A DNA stretch of 64,000 bases, taken from assembly GCF_001194135.2 (NCBI RefSeq), contig NC_068992.1:64221032-64285031 (forward strand), written 5' to 3'. Each line of letters starts with the position of its first letter. Positions within the stretch are counted from its first letter, which is position 1. Origin of the DNA: Octopus bimaculoides. Lineage: Eukaryota. Shown here one piece after another: positions 62,129-64,000 of this stretch. The translations under genes were made by a program, and so were the position numbers. Under the pieces are notes generated by a model. It was given only the letters and a program-made list of their open reading frames with translations, ran no database searches and was not told where the DNA came from.

Positions 62129-62910
62129 ATACATATATGTGTGTGTGTGTATTTAATATACATACACACACACACACACATACATATATATGTAAAAGTG
62201 AAATCAAAGCAGTAAAGACTTCTTAACAGAGATGCAAAAATTATGCTGCACAATGATGCTTGAATATATATGCTTCCCAAACCATCATCATCATCAACAT
62301 CACCATCACAAATCATCATCATTGTCATCAGCACCATCGTCATTGCCATTATCATTGCATTGCAACCATCACCACCACCACCACCACCATCACCATCATC
62401 AGCATTGTTGTCATCATCGTCATCATCATCATCATCATCACTATCATCATTGTCATCTCCTCCTCTTAATGTCTGTTTTCCTAAGCTGACATCAGTCAGA
62501 TGCGACTACATTAGGACGAAGTCTTCTATGGCCAGATGCCCTAACTGATGCCAGCCTTCTCCTGTTTCCAAATATGGTAATAATCCTCCTACCTACCGAA
62601 CAATGAACAGCTTAGACATAGTTACATGGAGAATGAGAGATAACCACCACAACTTGAATGTCAATTTTATTTACAAAGGTCATATAACATGTCAAGAAGT
62701 CTGGACGTGCTTTTGATGCGGGCTGCAAGTAAACAACACTCCCTGACCGGACACTGATGCTTTTGTTTACAAACAGTGAACACACAGGAAAATGAGAAGA
62801 AATATGAACTCACCCAAACACTTACTCACACACACACACGCATGCATGCACACATGCACAGACATACACATGGATATTTATTTGTTTGTCTGTCTGCCTG
62901 TTTGTCTATA

Positions 62911-62941
<31 letters not shown>

Positions 62942-63959
62942 ATCTATCCTTCTATCAATCCGTCCATCCTACCTAATCTATAAAAAAAAAAATATTTTGT
63001 ATTTTATGCAGAGTAATCAGAGTAACCTTCATAATTTATTGAATTAGGTCCATATTTTGCCATAAAAGGAAAATGTTGCTATCAATCTGTTTTATTCAGG
63101 ATAGGCACTGCTTATGTTGCCTACCCAGGTGGCATCATCATAGATTTTCTTTTGTTGTCTACCAAATTCACACACAATACATGGGTCAGCCTGGAACTAT
63201 TATAGAAGACACTTGCCCAAGGTGGCATGCGGTGGGGTGGAACTGAACCTGAAACCATGTGATTTGCAAAAAAAAAAAAACGTTCTCCTTAACCACACAC
63301 ACACACATGCCTGTAGCTGTGATGTTGCACAACAATAACATTATGTAATGTTGGGCTGAATCTATTTGTAAACTGTGACAAATGATTTTCAATGAATTCT
63401 TGTTGTGAAATTAAGTAAGGCAAGAATTTAGGTAACCCTGATCGTAGTTATCTGGAGCAGACTGTTGCGTACTTTTAGAAAAGGTATTTCCATTGAAAAA
63501 CATAAAGGAATAAATAAATAAATAAATAGGTGAAAGACAGTGGATGCAACTGTGTGTCTTTGAAATAAATTGTTGGGTGATTACGAAAACGGAAAGATTC
63601 CTAAATTCTGATAAATTGGTTTCAAAAGGTCAGTAATTACTGACAAGTATGAAATGAAAAACACCCCAAAATATGTATGAGTGTGTGTGTGTGTGTGCGT
63701 GTGTGTGTGTGTGTGTGCATGCGTGTGTGTGTATGCATGTATGTATGCGTGTGTGTATGCATGTATGTATGCATGTATGTATGTATGTATGCATGCATGT
63801 ATGTATGCATGCATCTATGTATGTATGTATGAATGAATGTATGTATGTATGAATGTATGTAAGTTTATGTATGTCTCTTTGTGTATGTGTGTGTATGTAT
63901 ATAAATATATATGTGTGTGTGAGTATATATATATGTATATATATATGTGTTTGTATATA

Positions 63960-64000
<41 letters not shown>

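Noticed and set aside
41000-64000. A DIMT1-like divergent neighbour, as next to human IPO11
   Set aside because: I found no DIMT1 motifs (GQHILKN, LEVGPGTG, ANLPYQIS) on either strand while reading this region; a tBLASTn would be needed to exclude exons fully.

Overview
AT-rich, repeat-dense animal genomic DNA with 7 N-gaps. The SINE, MITE and microsatellite content looks like an octopod (Octopus-like) scaffold; this is inferred from the repeat landscape. One protein-coding gene is well supported: importin-11 (IPO11) on the minus strand. I traced 15 coding exons by hand (39702 down to 1237; 1662 nt, 554 codons) with continuous phase; the gene continues past the left edge. Intron 14 (1278-1890) is a canonical AT-AC U12-type minor-spliceosome intron. 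The rest of the window is intronic or intergenic and holds tRNA-derived SINEs, RTE and Tx1-like LINE fragments, a decayed mariner, piggyBac/hAT/mariner-type MITEs and microsatellites. The most interesting non-genic signal is a recurring set of short elements (0.25-0.45 kb) with an inverted copy of their own end and a type I hammerhead ribozyme core of the Penelope-like kind. One core is nearly intact (38154-38249). One is fused to a tRNA-derived Pol III head (12030-12356). Others are relics (7.3, 46.1, 47.1, 47.6-48.0 kb). Several clean hairpins also occur; two can be traced to template-switch inversion by comparison with sibling repeat copies. Most ORF-track entries are microsatellite or repeat artefacts.
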